Shown here: piece after piece, positions 63,121 through 64,000 of the stretch
Position numbering within the stretch: the stretch's first letter is position 1
How the letters are laid out: each line of letters begins with the position of its first letter
Source of the DNA: Prochlorococcus sp. AG-463-F15
Lineage (GTDB): Bacteria; Cyanobacteriota; Cyanobacteriia; PCC-6307; Cyanobiaceae
Assembly: GCA_003211755.1 (NCBI GenBank)
Contig: QCRS01000001.1
Span: 6,329-70,328, forward strand
DNA: 64,000 nt
Reading direction: 5' to 3'
The notes under the pieces: model-generated
Told to the model about the DNA's origin: nothing
Databases searched by the model: none
The model's input: the letters and a program-made list of their open reading frames with translations, nothing else
Made by a program: the position numbers and the translations under genes

Positions 63121-64000
63121 ATGTCTATAGCTAAATGCCGTCAGCAGCTAAAACTAGGAAAAATCTCCGCAAGAGAGTTGGTTGACGAACAACTTTCCAG
63201 GATCAAAAAGGTAGATAAAAAACTAAATGCTTTTTTAGAGGTTACAGAACAGAGAGCACGTGCAGATGCAAAAAGGATTGATGACGCAATCGCCGCAGGT
63301 AATTCGCTTCCGCGCTTAGCTGGTATTCCTTTTGCCATTAAGGACAATCTATGTACTAAAGGAGTAACTACTACTTGTTCCAGCAGAATGCTTGAACATT
63401 TTGTTCCCCCTTACGAGTCCACTGTTACTGAAAGACTATGGAATTCTGGTGCTGTTCTTTTAGGTAAAACCAACCTGGATGAGTTTGCAATGGGAAGCTC
63501 TACAGAAACTTCGGCTTTTGGGTCTACCTCTAACCCTTGGGACTTGTCCAGAGTCCCTGGCGGAAGTTCTGGCGGCAGCGCTGCAGCTGTCGCAGCAGGA
63601 GAATGTATCGCTGCATTGGGTTCGGATACTGGAGGATCAATTCGTCAGCCAGCATCTTTTTGTGGCGTAGTTGGACTCAAGCCAACCTATGGACGAGTGA
63701 GTCGATGGGGATTAGTTGCTTTTGCTAGTTCACTAGATCAGGTTGGTCCTTTTACGACATCCGTTGCTGATTCTGCAGAGATTTTGCAGGTAATTGCAGG
63801 GAATGATCCTAGGGATGCAACAAGTTTGAAGGCACCGGTACCTAATTACACTGAATCTCTTGATGACTCTCTATCTGGTTTGCGTGTTGGATTGATTAAA
63901 GAATGTTTTGACCATAAAGGTTTATCTCAACAAGTTAAAAAATCTGTTCTTGCTGCGGCTGATCAACTCCAATCTCTTGGAGTTGAATTAGTTGAAGTTA
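63121..64000 (+). CDS. gatA: Glu/Asp-tRNA amidotransferase subunit A (3' end runs off the window)
   Basis: Hand translation from ATG 63121: [10 protein letters not shown]...AIKDN...[15 protein letters not shown]...PGGSSGGS...[12 protein letters not shown]. Confidence 0.95.
   Translation, partial: MSIAKCRQQLKLGKISARELVDEQLSRIKKVDKKLNAFLEVTEQRARADAKRIDDAIAAGNSLPRLAGIPFAIKDNLCTKGVTTTCSSRMLEHFVPPYESTVTERLWNSGAVLLGKTNLDEFAMGSSTETSAFGSTSNPWDLSRVPGGSSGGSAAAVAAGECIAALGSDTGGSIRQPASFCGVVGLKPTYGRVSRWGLVAFASSLDQVGPFTTSVADSAEILQVIAGNDPRDATSLKAPVPNYTESLDDSLSGLRVGLIKECFDHKGLSQQVKKSVLAAADQLQSLGVELVEV

Overview
This AT-rich window looks like a marine picocyanobacterial chromosome, most likely a low-light Prochlorococcus, judged from gene content and order. 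Two core blocks flank it: phnC/phnD, aspC, ung, ispG, ctpA, nadA, aroB, purK and 6S RNA (1-13.2 kb), and tRNA-Pro(GGG), msrA, an ABC exporter, trpD, carA, a STAS protein, mini-RNase III, rlmB and gatA (54.2-64 kb). Between them lies a gene-sparse, island-like region of about 41 kb. It carries a P450, an NTR-Trx fusion, two fatty acid desaturases, rpsU, an RRM protein, SDRs, GST, a fused 5-oxoprolinase and many microproteins. I saw no integrase, transposase or CRISPR array. The most notable unexplained signals are: (i) a perfect 67-bp inverted repeat that reads as two identical convergent small RNAs flanking one small ORF; (ii) 14-bp-periodic arrays plus a GTAAA-N6-TTTAC palindrome upstream of two paralogous coiled-coil genes, part of a fixed-spacing promoter signature at four loci, one of which drives a candidate orphan sRNA; (iii) four TGGCATACCCA-type repeats just after 6S RNA; (iv) unannotated microproteins, including a paralogous pair, a twin-CX3C peptide and a PsbY-like peptide; (v) several long, near-loopless palindromes. 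All calls come from reading the sequence by eye; no searches or computations were run.
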